This document shows positions 12,720-23,846 of a stretch of 64,000 bases of DNA, piece after piece; position 1 is the stretch's first letter, and every line of letters begins with the position of its first letter. The notes beneath the pieces were generated by a model. That model had not been told where the DNA came from. It saw only the letters and a list, made by a program, of their open reading frames with translations, and ran no database searches. The stretch covers positions 148,490,001 to 148,554,000 of the forward strand of contig NC_043000.1 in the NCBI RefSeq assembly GCF_006345805.1, in the 5' to 3' direction. This DNA is from Octopus sinensis. Lineage: Eukaryota. The translations under genes were made by a program, and so were the position numbers.

Positions 12720-13860
12720 GCTATTTCTTTATTACCCACAAGGGGCTAAACATAGAGGGGACAAACAGGACAGACATAGGTATTAAGTCGATTATATCGA
12801 CCCCAGTCGTAACTGGTACTTATTATCGACTCGACTCCGAAAGGATGAAAGGTAAAGTCGACCTCGCGGAATTTGATCTCACAACGTAACGACAGCCGAA
12901 ATACCTATTTCTTTATTACCCCCAAGGGCTAAACACGAGGGGACAAACAAGGACAGACATAGGTATTAGTCGATTATATCGACCCCAGTGCGTAACTGGT
13001 ACTTAATTTATCGACTCCGAAAGGATGAAAGGTAAAGTCGACCTCGCGGAATTTGATCTCACAACGTAACGACAGACGAAATACCTATTTCTTTCTTATT
13101 ACCCACAAGGGGCTAAACACAGAGGGGACAAACAAGGACAGACATAGGTATTAAGTCGATTATATCGACCCCAGTGCGTAACTGGTACTTAATTTATCGA
13201 CTCCGAAAGGATGAAAGGTAAAGTCGACCTCGGCGGAATTTGATCTCACAACGTAACGACAGACGAATACCTATTTCTTTATTACCCACAGGGCTAAACA
13301 CAGAGGGGACAAACAAGGACAGACATAGGTATTAAGTCGATTATATCGACCCCAGTGCGTAACTGGTACTTAATTTATCGACTCCGAAAGGATGAAAGGT
13401 AAAGTCGACCTCGGCGGAATTTGATCTCACAACGTAACGACAGACGAAATACCTATTTCTTTATTACCCACAAGGGGCTAAACACAGAGGGGACAAACAA
13501 GGACAGACATAGGTATTAAGTCGATTATATCGACCCCAGTGCGTAACTGGTACTTAATTTATCGACTCCGAAAGGATGAAAGGTAAAGTCGACCTCGGCG
13601 GAATTTGATCTCACAACGTAACGACAGACGAAATACCTATTTCTTTATTACCCACAAGGGGCTAAACACAGAGGGGACAAACAAGGACAGACATAGGTAT
13701 TAAGTCGATTATATCGACCCCAGTGCGTAACTGGTACTTAATTTATCGACTCCGAAAGGATGAAAGGTAAAGTCGACCTCGGCGGAATTTGATCTCACAA
13801 CGTAACGACTGACGAAATACGGCCACGCATTTCGCCCGGCGTGCTAACGTTTCTGCCAGC
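12720..13860 (-). mobile_element. Deu/Nin-like SINE tandem array, 6 units of about 184 bp
   Basis: Repeated gacgaaatac|ctatttct junctions at about 12905, 13085, 13270, 13453, 13637; all units share gatctcacaac, ggtaaagtc and acataggtattaag variants. Confidence 0.95.
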
Positions 13861-14295
13861 ACCAATACCTCCTTCTCCTCCTCCTCCGCCTCCTCCTTTA
13901 TCACAATCAACGCCAACATTATTTCCAAACCTGCACAGCCACCAACCAACACCGCAAATAAACCAAACAGAAAAATAACAATGTCAACTCAACAGTAGCA
14001 GCAATTCAGCACAGGCATCTATCTCAGCGTAAGCAGCAACATTTGCAGCTGTAACAAGCAGAAGAGACCACGTGATGAAAAAATAATAACTTAGGTGAAG
14101 GAGTGCCTCGTTTATTATTTTTTTTCCCCTTCTAGAGTCCTACTATTATTGTTCAGTTATTTGCTACAAGAGAAAAATGAAGGAAGAAAAAAAGAGTAAG
14201 GAAAAGGAAGAAGGAAAAAAAAAAGACATAAGCTCAACAAAAGAACTTAACAAATAAACAAACGAATGGAATTTATTACATACTAATTCACTTAC

Positions 14296-14331
14296 GTTGC
14301 TAAAACCTCTCCAACTTAATTTGGCCGCCAT
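14296..14331 (-). CDS. putative first coding segment (MAAKLSWRGFSN) of a host gene, in candidate exon 14296-14521
   Basis: Minus strand: ttttttttctAG acceptor at 14522-14523, caacATGG Kozak context, 12 codons, phase-0 donor CAAC|GTAAGT; unique non-repeat sequence. Confidence 0.45.
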
Positions 14332-14801
14332 GTTGAATTATTTGCAGCCTTGTTAATTGAAGAACAGTTAGACGGCCGGCTTCTGGTGTTGAAGAAAAGT
14401 GTTCCCAATACGGCCCATTCATACAGCGTTCAAATGGTCAGTGATAATGAAATTCATAATTCGACCCAGTGAACTTGGTATGCGGTAGAATTACAGGTCT
14501 TGCGGGGCAAAGATATGGCTGCTAGAAAAAAAATAAATATGAAATAGCGTTAGAGAAAAACGTTAGCGATAGTTATAGGAATTAAAGGTGATCGATACAT
14601 TGTTCAGTGTTATGATTAGTTTCAATACTGGTGGTATATCATATTCTCCTTCGGCACACACACATACACACACACTGCCCAGCCTTCTTGACCGCCTCTC
14701 TTTACTGCTACTATACACACAAGTACTTACTGCTATTGTACATACAGACACGGGTACGCACCTACACATGCACACACACACGTGCTCAGACACACCCACT
14801 C

Positions 14802-14857
<56 letters not shown>

Positions 14858-15527
14858 TTTATAATAAAGGGCTAAAGAAGATATTTCTAAAGCCAATATA
14901 CTGATTATCCACTTATAATCCACTTGCTACAGGAAAAAATGAACTGAAAATTCCTGATGGAATTCTCTTCTGTAGAGAAAAGGGCTTCATCCTATATTTG
15001 TTAGTATATATATATATATATGGGGGGGGGGGGCACAGCCGTGGCATATGAAATCGATAGACTAAGTACTAGGATTACAAAGATTAAGTCTTGGGGTCGA
15101 TATCTTCGATTAAAATCCCTTTAAGGCGGTGCTCTAGCACGGCCGCAGTCGTATATATACATAATTGAATTAATTACATACACATGTACCCTCACACATA
15201 AGCGCGCGTGCGCACATACACACACATCACACATCACACACAATCAATCACTCTTGTATAACTCTCTTGTCATTAAAACCACAATTACCCCTCACACTTC
15301 CGACTAGTCAGCGATCAATAATATGAACCTAACCCACATGCGTTTTTTGTTTGTTTGTTTTTTAGTACTCTTCTCTTTTTTATCCCCTTTCCTCTCTTCT
15401 TTCCCTTTCTAGTTTCTTCTGGACTTTCTTCAAGTATGCGACGAAAGACTCAGTCCGAAACGTTCTATTTCTCCGCTATAACTTTTACTCTATATCATAT
15501 ATCCTTCTTTGAGCGTCAACTTAATAA

Positions 15528-15742
15528 TAATCCTTTCCAATATATAAGCACATAGTCTGAAATTTTGGTGGAGTGGGCTAGCCGATCACAACGACCCCAT
15601 TGTGGTACTTATTTCCTCAACCCCGGAACGATGAAAGGCAAAGTCGACCTTGGCGAAATTTGAACTAAGAACGTAAACACGGAACGAAATGCCGCTAAGC
15701 ATTTTGTCCGGTGTGTTAACGGTTCTACCAGCTCACTGCCTT
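15528..15742 (-). mobile_element. older Deu/Nin-like SINE (type-B tail) with TSD
   Basis: gcgtcaacttaa at 15513-15524 and 15743-15754. Confidence 0.8.
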
Positions 15743-15950
15743 GCGTCAACTTAACGATATTAACTGTGAACTGGGACTTTTATTGTTTTTTATTATTTGT
15801 TTTTGTTTTACTTTAGTATCGCACGCACAAGCAAACTTTCCACTTCTGTCTGATCAATATTTTGGAGTACCATAATTCTTGGATTATGTTACACCTTAGA
15901 TATTACCACTTCAGATTACTTCTGATCTTCCCCCTTTGTGTTGTGTGTGT

Positions 15951-16006
<56 letters not shown>

Positions 16007-17100
16007 AAGTATATGCCACTTTGTATGTATGACATCAAAGACGTATCTTTGTCAAGGACATTAACGCTAGTTCCTTCATTGAGCTCTAGACTGTGACCTT
16101 TAACTTTTTGTGTCTTCATTTTATCATATAGTCCTCTTTTGTGCTACAGATCATATATCATTCGTTATGACATCAAAATATCACATTTGAAATTTCCAAA
16201 CATTTTCTTTTATTGCCAATTTTTGCGGAACCGGGTTGCTGAGATGTCTGACTTATGTATTATAAATTGATTTGAAATTCGTGCATCGCTTGAATAACCA
16301 CTTCAAGTTCCAAATATTATCAGCTCCAATCATTTTTATTTGCACCTCGTTATTCAAAACTTTTCGAGGGTTGTGTCGGAGTTTCATGTGCTGTCTTTAC
16401 ACGAAATTCAAAACCGGGAGATGACATGTACTTTCAAAAATAGTGGACCGTCTCACTAAACGCCACATCATATTTTATTAGCAACTGAAAATAATTTTCT
16501 GTCTATTTAGAATGGTTATATTTTGGGAATCATCTTAATCTCTTTATCAAAAGTATAGGCAGACGTTCATATACTTTTATCTTTTGCTAGAGATAAAAGT
16601 ATATAAACGTGGAGTCATTGGTAAAGGAAATATAGGCGTCGGGTGAGATATTTTTCTAAGTGTTTATTTTCTTGTCTTTCTTTTCATTCACTGTAAAGTA
16701 AAACAAGCGTGTTTATTTTTCTTTCTTCTTTCATGAAGTAGTTCTAAAATATATTAATAACGCTGTTGATAGTGCATTCCTATGTGCTCATCATCGTTGA
16801 AGAAAACATTTTAATGACAGAAAAGTTAAGATACAATACATAGTGACATTTTACTTGATATTTGTAGTGAAAAGATATGGTTGACAGAGATAATCTTACT
16901 AATGTCTGATATCTATTTTATCGAATACAGTGAGTTAAAAGCAAAGTCACCTCAACAGGATTTGAACATTAAGAGATGAAACATTTACTATGGTGCTCTC
17001 GGGTATCTGTCACTCACTGCCGTCTGTAAGAGTGGGTCGCTGGATAACCGCACACAGTTTCGTCTACGTCTAGTGTATATCAAAACAACTTAGATTGGCT

Positions 17101-17201
17101 GTTGAATGCATCGGTTCTCGTCTGATCACCGAAGTTAAGCAACGCCGAGCCTAGTTAGTACTTAAACGGGTGACCGCTCGGGAAACCTGGGTGCTCTAAG
17201 C
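17101..17201 (+). pseudogene. 5'-truncated 5S rRNA pseudogene
   Basis: gttgaatgcatcggttctcgtctgatcaccgaagttaagcaacgccgagcctagttagtacttaaacgggtgaccgctcgggaaacctgggtgctctaagc matches metazoan 5S from about nt 18 to the end; box C is mutated (aaacggg vs ggatggg); no oligo-T terminator directly after. Confidence 0.9.
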
Positions 17202-17340
17202 AACTCACATTATTACAATTATTTTTTTTTTACCGGAGCAAAATGCAAAGAGGCATTTCGTCCGTCTTGACGTTTTGACTTCAAATTTCGCCGAAGCCGA
17301 CTTTGATTTTCATCTTTCCGAGGGTCGATAAAATAAGTAC

Positions 17341-17465
17341 CTATTTCTTTATTACCCACAAGGGGCTAAACACAGAGCGGACAAACAAGGACAGACATAG
17401 GTATTAAGTCGATTACATCGACCCCAGTGCGTAACTGGTACTTAATTTATCGACCCCGAAAGGAT
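17341..17465 (-). mobile_element. type-A Deu/Nin-like SINE inserted in an older + strand copy (17240-17340), cut by the assembly gap
   Basis: taagtac|ctatttctttattacccac junction. Confidence 0.8.
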
Positions 17466-17565
17466 NNNNNNNNNNNNNNNNNNNNNNNNNNNNNNNNNNN
17501 NNNNNNNNNNNNNNNNNNNNNNNNNNNNNNNNNNNNNNNNNNNNNNNNNNNNNNNNNNNNNNNNN
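17466..17565. other. assembly gap (100 N)
   Basis: Run of n. Confidence 1.
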
Positions 17566-17570
17566 TATAT

Positions 17571-17601
<31 letters not shown>

Positions 17602-17683
17602 CATACATATATATATATATATATATAATAGATTATATATATATTATAGATATATATATATCTATATATATATATATCTATAT

Positions 17684-17716
<33 letters not shown>

Positions 17717-17717
<1 letters not shown>

Positions 17718-17960
17718 TGGGTTGGTGCCTAATTATTGCGCCGTTCTTTAACAAGTTTTATTCTACAAGAACAATAACAACATGTAACAAAAACATCTTT
17801 AAATGATTATTCCGGAACTTTTCACCACCTACTTCAATTACTGCTTCCCATTTGCTTGGCAGACGGTCAGATCGTCATTTAAAGATGTTTTTGGTAAATA
17901 TTGCTATTGTTTTTGTTGAATAAAATTTGGTGAAAAAAGCCGCAATAATTATGCACCAAC
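17717..17960. mobile_element. palindromic mariner-derived MITE
   Basis: TIRs ttgggttggtgcctaattattgcg / cgcaataattatgcaccaac (Hsmar1-like); interior encodes RLPSKWEAVIEVGGE (mariner C-terminus) on minus; inserted in (TA)n; followed by a SINE 3' half (17961-18130). Confidence 0.8.
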
Positions 17961-18484
17961 GCTTGACAACCGATGCTGGTGTGTTTACGTCCCCTTCACA
18001 TAACGGTTCGGCAAAAGTGACCGATAGAATAAGTGCTAGGCTTACAAAGAATAAGTCCTGGGGTCAATTTGCTCGACTAAATGCGGTGCCTCAGCATGGC
18101 CACAGTCAAATGACTGAAACAAGTATAAGAGATATATGTAAATATATATATGTAGATATGTATATGTGTGTGTATGTATATATTTATATGTATATGTATG
18201 TGTGTGTGTGTGTGTGTGTGTGCGTGTGTGTAAATGTATATATATATGTATGTGTTTGTGTGTGTAAGGAATTCATAAATGGAATAATATCCCCTTACAC
18301 AGCACAGCTAATTAGCGCTCTAATTTATCAACTTGTAATTTTTTTCTAAAAATAATTAGTTTATATGATTTTAACCTAGTTACCTTTTATGCATTTGGAT
18401 ACATCTTAAAACAGTATTATCTATAGCTTCAAAATTTATTTAGACATGTAATTTTAACTCTTATTATATTATCAGCCTGAACAG

Positions 18485-18900
18485 TAGTGGCTGTGTGGTA
18501 AGTAGCTTGCTAACCAACCACATGGTTCCGGGTTCAGTCCCACTGCGTGGCATCTTGGGCAAGTGTCTTCTGCTATAGCCCCGGGCCGACCAATGCCTTG
18601 TGAGTGGATTTGGTAGACGGAAACTGAAAGAAGCCTGTCGTATATATGTATATATATGTATGTATGTATGTGTGTGTGTGTGTTTGTGTGTCTGTGTTTG
18701 TCCCCCTAGCATTGCATGACAATCGATGCTGGTGTGTTCACGTCCCCGTTACTTAGCGGTTCGGCAAAAGAGACCGATAGAATAAGTACTGGGCTTACAA
18801 AGAATAAGTCCCAGGGTCGATTTTCTCGACTAAAGGCAGTGCTCCAGCATGGCTACAGTCAAATGACTGAAACAAGTAAAAGAGTAAAGAGAAAGAGAGA
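18485..18900 (+). mobile_element. CORE-like tRNA SINE
   Basis: Same family as 3258-3682. Confidence 0.9.
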
Positions 18901-19006
18901 GTAACAGTATGTTCCGACACGGCATTCAATTTTTAAAAATTCTTAAATTTCTCATGTTTCTTAATACTTTAAGATTTAAATAACTCTTTTATGAATCCTT
19001 TAGATT

Positions 19007-19095
19007 AACTCTGATGAGAGAAATATAGATGATTGTCATGGTTAGAATTAACTCGCCCATACCAACCTATATCTTCTCGAAACAACTGTCAGACT
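19007..19095 (+). ncRNA. type I hammerhead ribozyme motif with canonical core and long stem II
   Basis: CTGATGA (19011) - GAGAAATATAG...CTATAT(C)TTCTC - GAAA CAACTG TC (GUC triplet ending 19090); stem I weak. Confidence 0.65.
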
Positions 19096-19167
19096 TTGCA
19101 CCTGCTCAAGATTCCTTTTAAAATCATTTTATACCAACTTTCACATCTATTTGGATTACCGCTATAT

Positions 19168-19578
19168 AGGCGCAGGAGTGGCTGTGTGGTAAGTAGCTTG
19201 CTAACCAACCACATGGTTCCGGGTTCAGTCTCACTGCGTGACATCTTGGACAAGTGTCTTCTGCTATAGCCCCGGACCGACCAATGCCTTGTGAGTGGAT
19301 TTGGTAGACAGAAACTGAAAGAAGCCTGTCGTATATAGTAATATATAAGTGTGTGTGTATATGTTTGTGTCAGTGTTTGTCCCCCTAGCATTGTTTGACA
19401 ACCGATGCTGGTGTGTTTACGTCCCCGTCACTTAGCGGTTCGGCAAAAGAGACCGATAGAATAAGTACTGGGTTTACAAAGAATAAGTCCCGGGGTCGAT
19501 TTGTTCGACTAAAGGCGGTGCTCCAGCATGGCCGCAATCAAATGACTGAAACAATTAAAAGAGTAAAGAGTAAAGAGT
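19168..19578 (+). mobile_element. CORE-like tRNA SINE
   Basis: Full head, internal microsatellite, (AAAGAGT)n tail. Confidence 0.9.
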
Positions 19579-19787
19579 AATACATTCACCATCCGCATAC
19601 TTTAATATCCTCATAGATTTTAATACAGACATACAATCTCGCGAGTACATTTATGTATTTATAAATTCTTATATTATATCTTGTGTATATGAATGCACCT
19701 ATGTATGCTGTGGAGTATTCCGACGCTTTGAAATATATTGAGTGAATATGAACACTGACCTTTGACATTTGTTCCCTCTTTCTTGGT

Positions 19788-19841
<54 letters not shown>

Positions 19842-19845
<4 letters not shown>

Positions 19846-21095
19846 GTTAGCACGACGGGCGAAATGTGTAGCCGTCTTTCGTCCGCCGTTACGTTCTGAG
19901 TTCAAATTCCGCCGAGGTCGACTTTGCCTTTCATCCTTTCGGGGTCGATAAATAAAGTACCAGTTATGCACTGGGGTCGATGTAATCGACTTAATCCGTT
20001 TGTCTGTCAATAAATTATATACCAATTGCGTACTGGGATCGATGTAATCGACTGGCCCCCCACTCTCCAAAAATGTCAGGCCTTGTGCCTGGAGTAGAAA
20101 AGAGTAATCCTTTCTTCTATAGGCACAACTGGTACTTATTTTATCGACCCCAAAAGGACGAAAGGAAAAGTCGGCCCTGGCGGGATTTCAACTCAGAACG
20201 TAGCGACGAGTGAAATACCACAAAACATTCCGTCCAGCGTGCTAACGATTCTGCCAGCTCGCTGACTTCACCAATGTTATAATAATCCTTTCTACTATAG
20301 GCACAATGCCTGAAATTTTGGGGAAGGGGGGGGGCAATCGATTAGATCGATCCCAGTACGTAACTGGTACTTAATTTATCGAGCCCGAAATGATGAAAGA
20401 CAAAATCGACCTCGGCAGAATTTGAACTCAGAGCGTAGTGGCAGACGAACAAATCTTATAATAATATAAAAAAACCTTTCAAATTTTTGACGTGATTAAG
20501 GAAGATTTCCAGAGGCTCGACGTCATCTTGGAGGATGCAGATGGGCTGGCACAGGAGGACTGCTAGCGATAGGGAGCACTGGTGGACCTGGTCGGCTCTA
20601 CGTACGATGACACCTCTGAGACCACTAAACTGGGATGATGCCAGCCCCACCAAGCAAGAACGTGAAGCAAGCAACTTTAAAATTTCGCGACAATACTATC
20701 AAGTTTAGAAGGATGAGGTTAATCAACTGCATCGATGCAGTACTTGACTCGCACTTCATTTTGTTGACCCTGAAAATATGGAAAGCAAAGCTGACCTCAG
20801 CAAGATTTGAACTCAGAACGTAAAGAAGCGGAAGAAATACCATAAGGCATTTTTCCAACACCCTAACGATTCTTGCAATCCATCGATCTAATAATTGCAT
20901 CAAATTTTGGCATAAGGCCTGAAATTTTAAGGGGAAATACAAGTTGATTACATCAACCCTAGTACTTAACTGGTACTTTATCTTATCGACCCAGAAAGGA
21001 TAGAAAGCAAAATTGACCTCGACAGGATTTGAACGGAGAATGTAAGGAACCAGATAATGTGTCGACGGGCTACAAATTCTACCGATTCATTGTCT
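19842..21095. mobile_element. cluster of Deu/Nin-like SINE copies in both orientations
   Basis: + copy 19842-20105; - copies at about 20106-20270, 20283-20450, 20700-20885 and 20905-21095. Confidence 0.8.
20510..20675 (+). mobile_element. probable RTE-type LINE 3' terminal fragment
   Basis: ASDREHW-like C-terminal peptide followed by a short-repeat tail (gcaa)n. Confidence 0.4.
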
Positions 21096-21316
21096 GCCAT
21101 CGATCTCAAAATAATAATACCCTTGTCATTTATTTTCCACAGGGCCTATTCAGACATACTATAGACATGTTATAAAATTGACATACAACGTGAGTAAGTA
21201 CAACAAAGTTATATAAAAACGAGCGGTGAGTTCAGAAATGTTACAAATGTTACACTATATATTAAAACATATTTTTAAAAATTTCAATTCGCACATATCA
21301 CATAAATATATAATTT

Positions 21317-21740
21317 AGGCGCAGGAGTGGCTGTGTGGTAAGTAGCTTGCTAACCAACCACAGGGTTCCGGGTTCAGTCCCACTGCGTGGCATCTTGGGC
21401 AAGTGTCTTCTGCTATAGACCCGGGCCGACCAATGCCTTGTGAGTGGATTTGGTAGACGGAAACTGAAAGAAGCCTGTCGTATATATGTATATATATATG
21501 TGTATGTGTGTGTGTATGTGTTTGTGTGTCTGTGTTTGTCCCCCTAGCATTGCTTAACAACCGATGCTGGTGTGTTCATGTCCCCGTTACTTAGCGGTTC
21601 GGCAAAAAGAGACCGATAGAATAAGTACTGGGCTTACAAAGAATAAGTCCCGGGGTCGAGTTGCTCGACTAAAGGTGGTGCTCCAGCATGGCCGCAGTCA
21701 AATGACTGAAACAAGAAAAGAGTAAAAGAGTAAAAGAAAA
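21317..21740 (+). mobile_element. CORE-like tRNA SINE
   Basis: Same family as 3258-3682. Confidence 0.92.
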
Positions 21741-22157
21741 GCCATCTGAGTGTTGAACGTCCTTAGGAGTATTGCAGATTATTGAGTCTTAGTATAGATG
21801 TTGATTAGCCTAAGATCAGTCTTGATCGACCAGGTCTTTGAGCGCAAGACATTCTATTCATCGTTATTCTGCTTTAATGACATATCGGACTAATATACCT
21901 AATATATAATTTCCTGATAATACCTAACATTTATTTTCCTTATTTAAAAAGTGAGTCATTTGAATGAAATTTGGCCGCTATTTCTAGCGAGTAGAGTGAC
22001 CATGTTGAGGCTGTTAGTAGTTGAGCCTGGGGGATGCTCTCACCGACAGCCAAAAGACTGGTTTCTAAACGTTAATAATGCTGGCCATTCTTTTGTTATA
22101 TTTTATGGTCGTTGCTGCTGTTTTTAAAATTTTTATTGTGAATATCTTTATTTCAAA

Positions 22158-22552
22158 CTAGCAGTATTGCCCGGCGTTGCTCGGGTTTGTAAGGGGAATA
22201 ACTATATAAGCATTTTTAGAGAGTTATAGCCAAAAAGTAGCAAAAAAATGCATTAAAAATGGAAAAAAAATTATGGTAAATTTTTTTTTAAATCGTTGAC
22301 TCATCGTAGACATTTTTAGAGAGTTACTTCCCTTATATAATAGCGAAAATGCATTAAAATGGAAAAAATGATGGTAAATTATTTTTTAAATCGTAGACTC
22401 ATCGTAGACGCGCGCTAATACCCAGAAGGGCTCGATATGAATCACGACTATAAGATACCCGGTTTTGGTTAAACTGCACCGCAAAATGTGGGAGTAGTTA
22501 GGAATCTAAATCGTAGGAGACAGACACACAACTTCACTTTTATATATAAAGA
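22158..22552 (-). mobile_element. non-autonomous Helitron
   Basis: Minus strand A|TC start, 3' hairpin cccgagcaacgccggg and CTAG|T end; internal ~85-bp tandem duplication; second copy at 45858. Confidence 0.85.
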
Positions 22553-23050
22553 TATCAGGTAATCTGTGTTGCTTCTACTTTTTCTTTAGAAAATATTCAA
22601 ATATAATTACAACTCCTGCAATTATATTTAAATGGGTAAACGTAAATTTGGAACTACATTCTTTTTCTGTTTATGACTTATTCAGAGGAGGAAGGCCAGC
22701 ATACTTGGCACCTTTTAAGACTCTGATTCTGTTGAGAGGAAGAGAGGCGATTATCTACAAATCGGAGAGCTGGTTCCAATACTTACAATAGAAAAAAAAA
22801 CTCATCAAAAGGCATCCTAGAAGAAGGTGGTGATATTAAACCGGGAGATGGAATAAGTATATTACCTAAGAATAGGAACGGTTTACCTCATAGTTTCCAA
22901 AAATTAAATTCCACTCACAATGATTTGTCAGACCGCTGCAATGGTAGGAGACATTGTACCGTGCTGTGTAATAGACCCCAAAACCACATATCATCTGCAA
23001 GCAAAGCTAATTAAACATTCAATAATTTGGTTTTAAGCTTTGAATACTTT

Positions 23051-23330
23051 GGAGGCGCAATGGCCCAGTGGTTAGAGCAGCAGACTCGCGGTCGGAGGAT
23101 CGTGGTTTCGATTCCCAGACCGGGCGTTGTGTGTGTTTATTGAGCGAAAACACCTAAAAGCTCCACGAGTCTCCGGCAGGGGGTGGTAGCGACTCCTGTT
23201 GTACTCTTTCGCCTCAACTTTCTCTCACTTTTTCTGTCCAGTTCAGCTGGGGGAAACACATACGTCACAGAAACCGGGAAACCGGGCCCATGAGCCTGGC
23301 TAGGCTTAAAAGGGGCGCATAAATAAATAC
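23051..23330 (+). mobile_element. tRNA-derived SINE (ggaggcgcaatggcccagtggttag family; octopus OR-like)
   Basis: A box tggcccagtggttag, B box ggtttcgattcc; (TAAA)n tail. Confidence 0.85.
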
Positions 23331-23391
23331 TTTCGATTATAACATAATATATTTAAATGTTTTATATAACAATATATATTTTTATTTACTT

Positions 23392-23800
23392 AGGCGGTGA
23401 GCTGGCAGAGACGTTAGCACGCTGGGTGAGAAGCTTAGCTATATTTCTTCTGTCTTTATGTTCTGAGTTTAAATTCTGCCTAGGTCGACTTTGCCTTTCA
23501 TCCTTTCGGGGTCTATAAATTAAGTACCAGATGCATACTGGGTTCAATCTAATCGACTGCCCCCCCTCTTCCAAAATTTCAGGCCTTGTTCCTAGAGTAG
23601 AAAAAAATCGTTAGCTTGCCGGGCGAAATACTTAGCAGTATTTCGTCTGTCTCTACGTTCTAAGTTCAAATTCTGCCGAGGTCGACTTTACCTTTCATCC
23701 TTTCGGGGGCGATAAACCAGTTGAGTATTGAGGTCGATGTAACAGACTGTCCCTCTTCTTCCAAATTTCAGGTCTTGTGCCTAGATTAGAAAGGATTATT
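23392..23800 (+). mobile_element. two tandem type-B Deu/Nin-like SINEs
   Basis: Heads at 23392 and about 23608; tails aatttcagg(c/t)cttgt(t/g)cctaga. Confidence 0.8.
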
Positions 23801-23846
23801 TACTTATCCAGTTTCTTCCTCGTTTGGCCTTTTCCATTTGAGAAAT

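Noticed and set aside
12720-13860. CRISPR-like regular array
   Set aside because: Units are contiguous SINE copies with no unique spacers; eukaryotic context and no cas genes
23051-23125. Functional tRNA gene (also 26346, 37170, 57550)
   Set aside because: tRNA-like heads continue into SINE bodies; no proper acceptor stem or terminator
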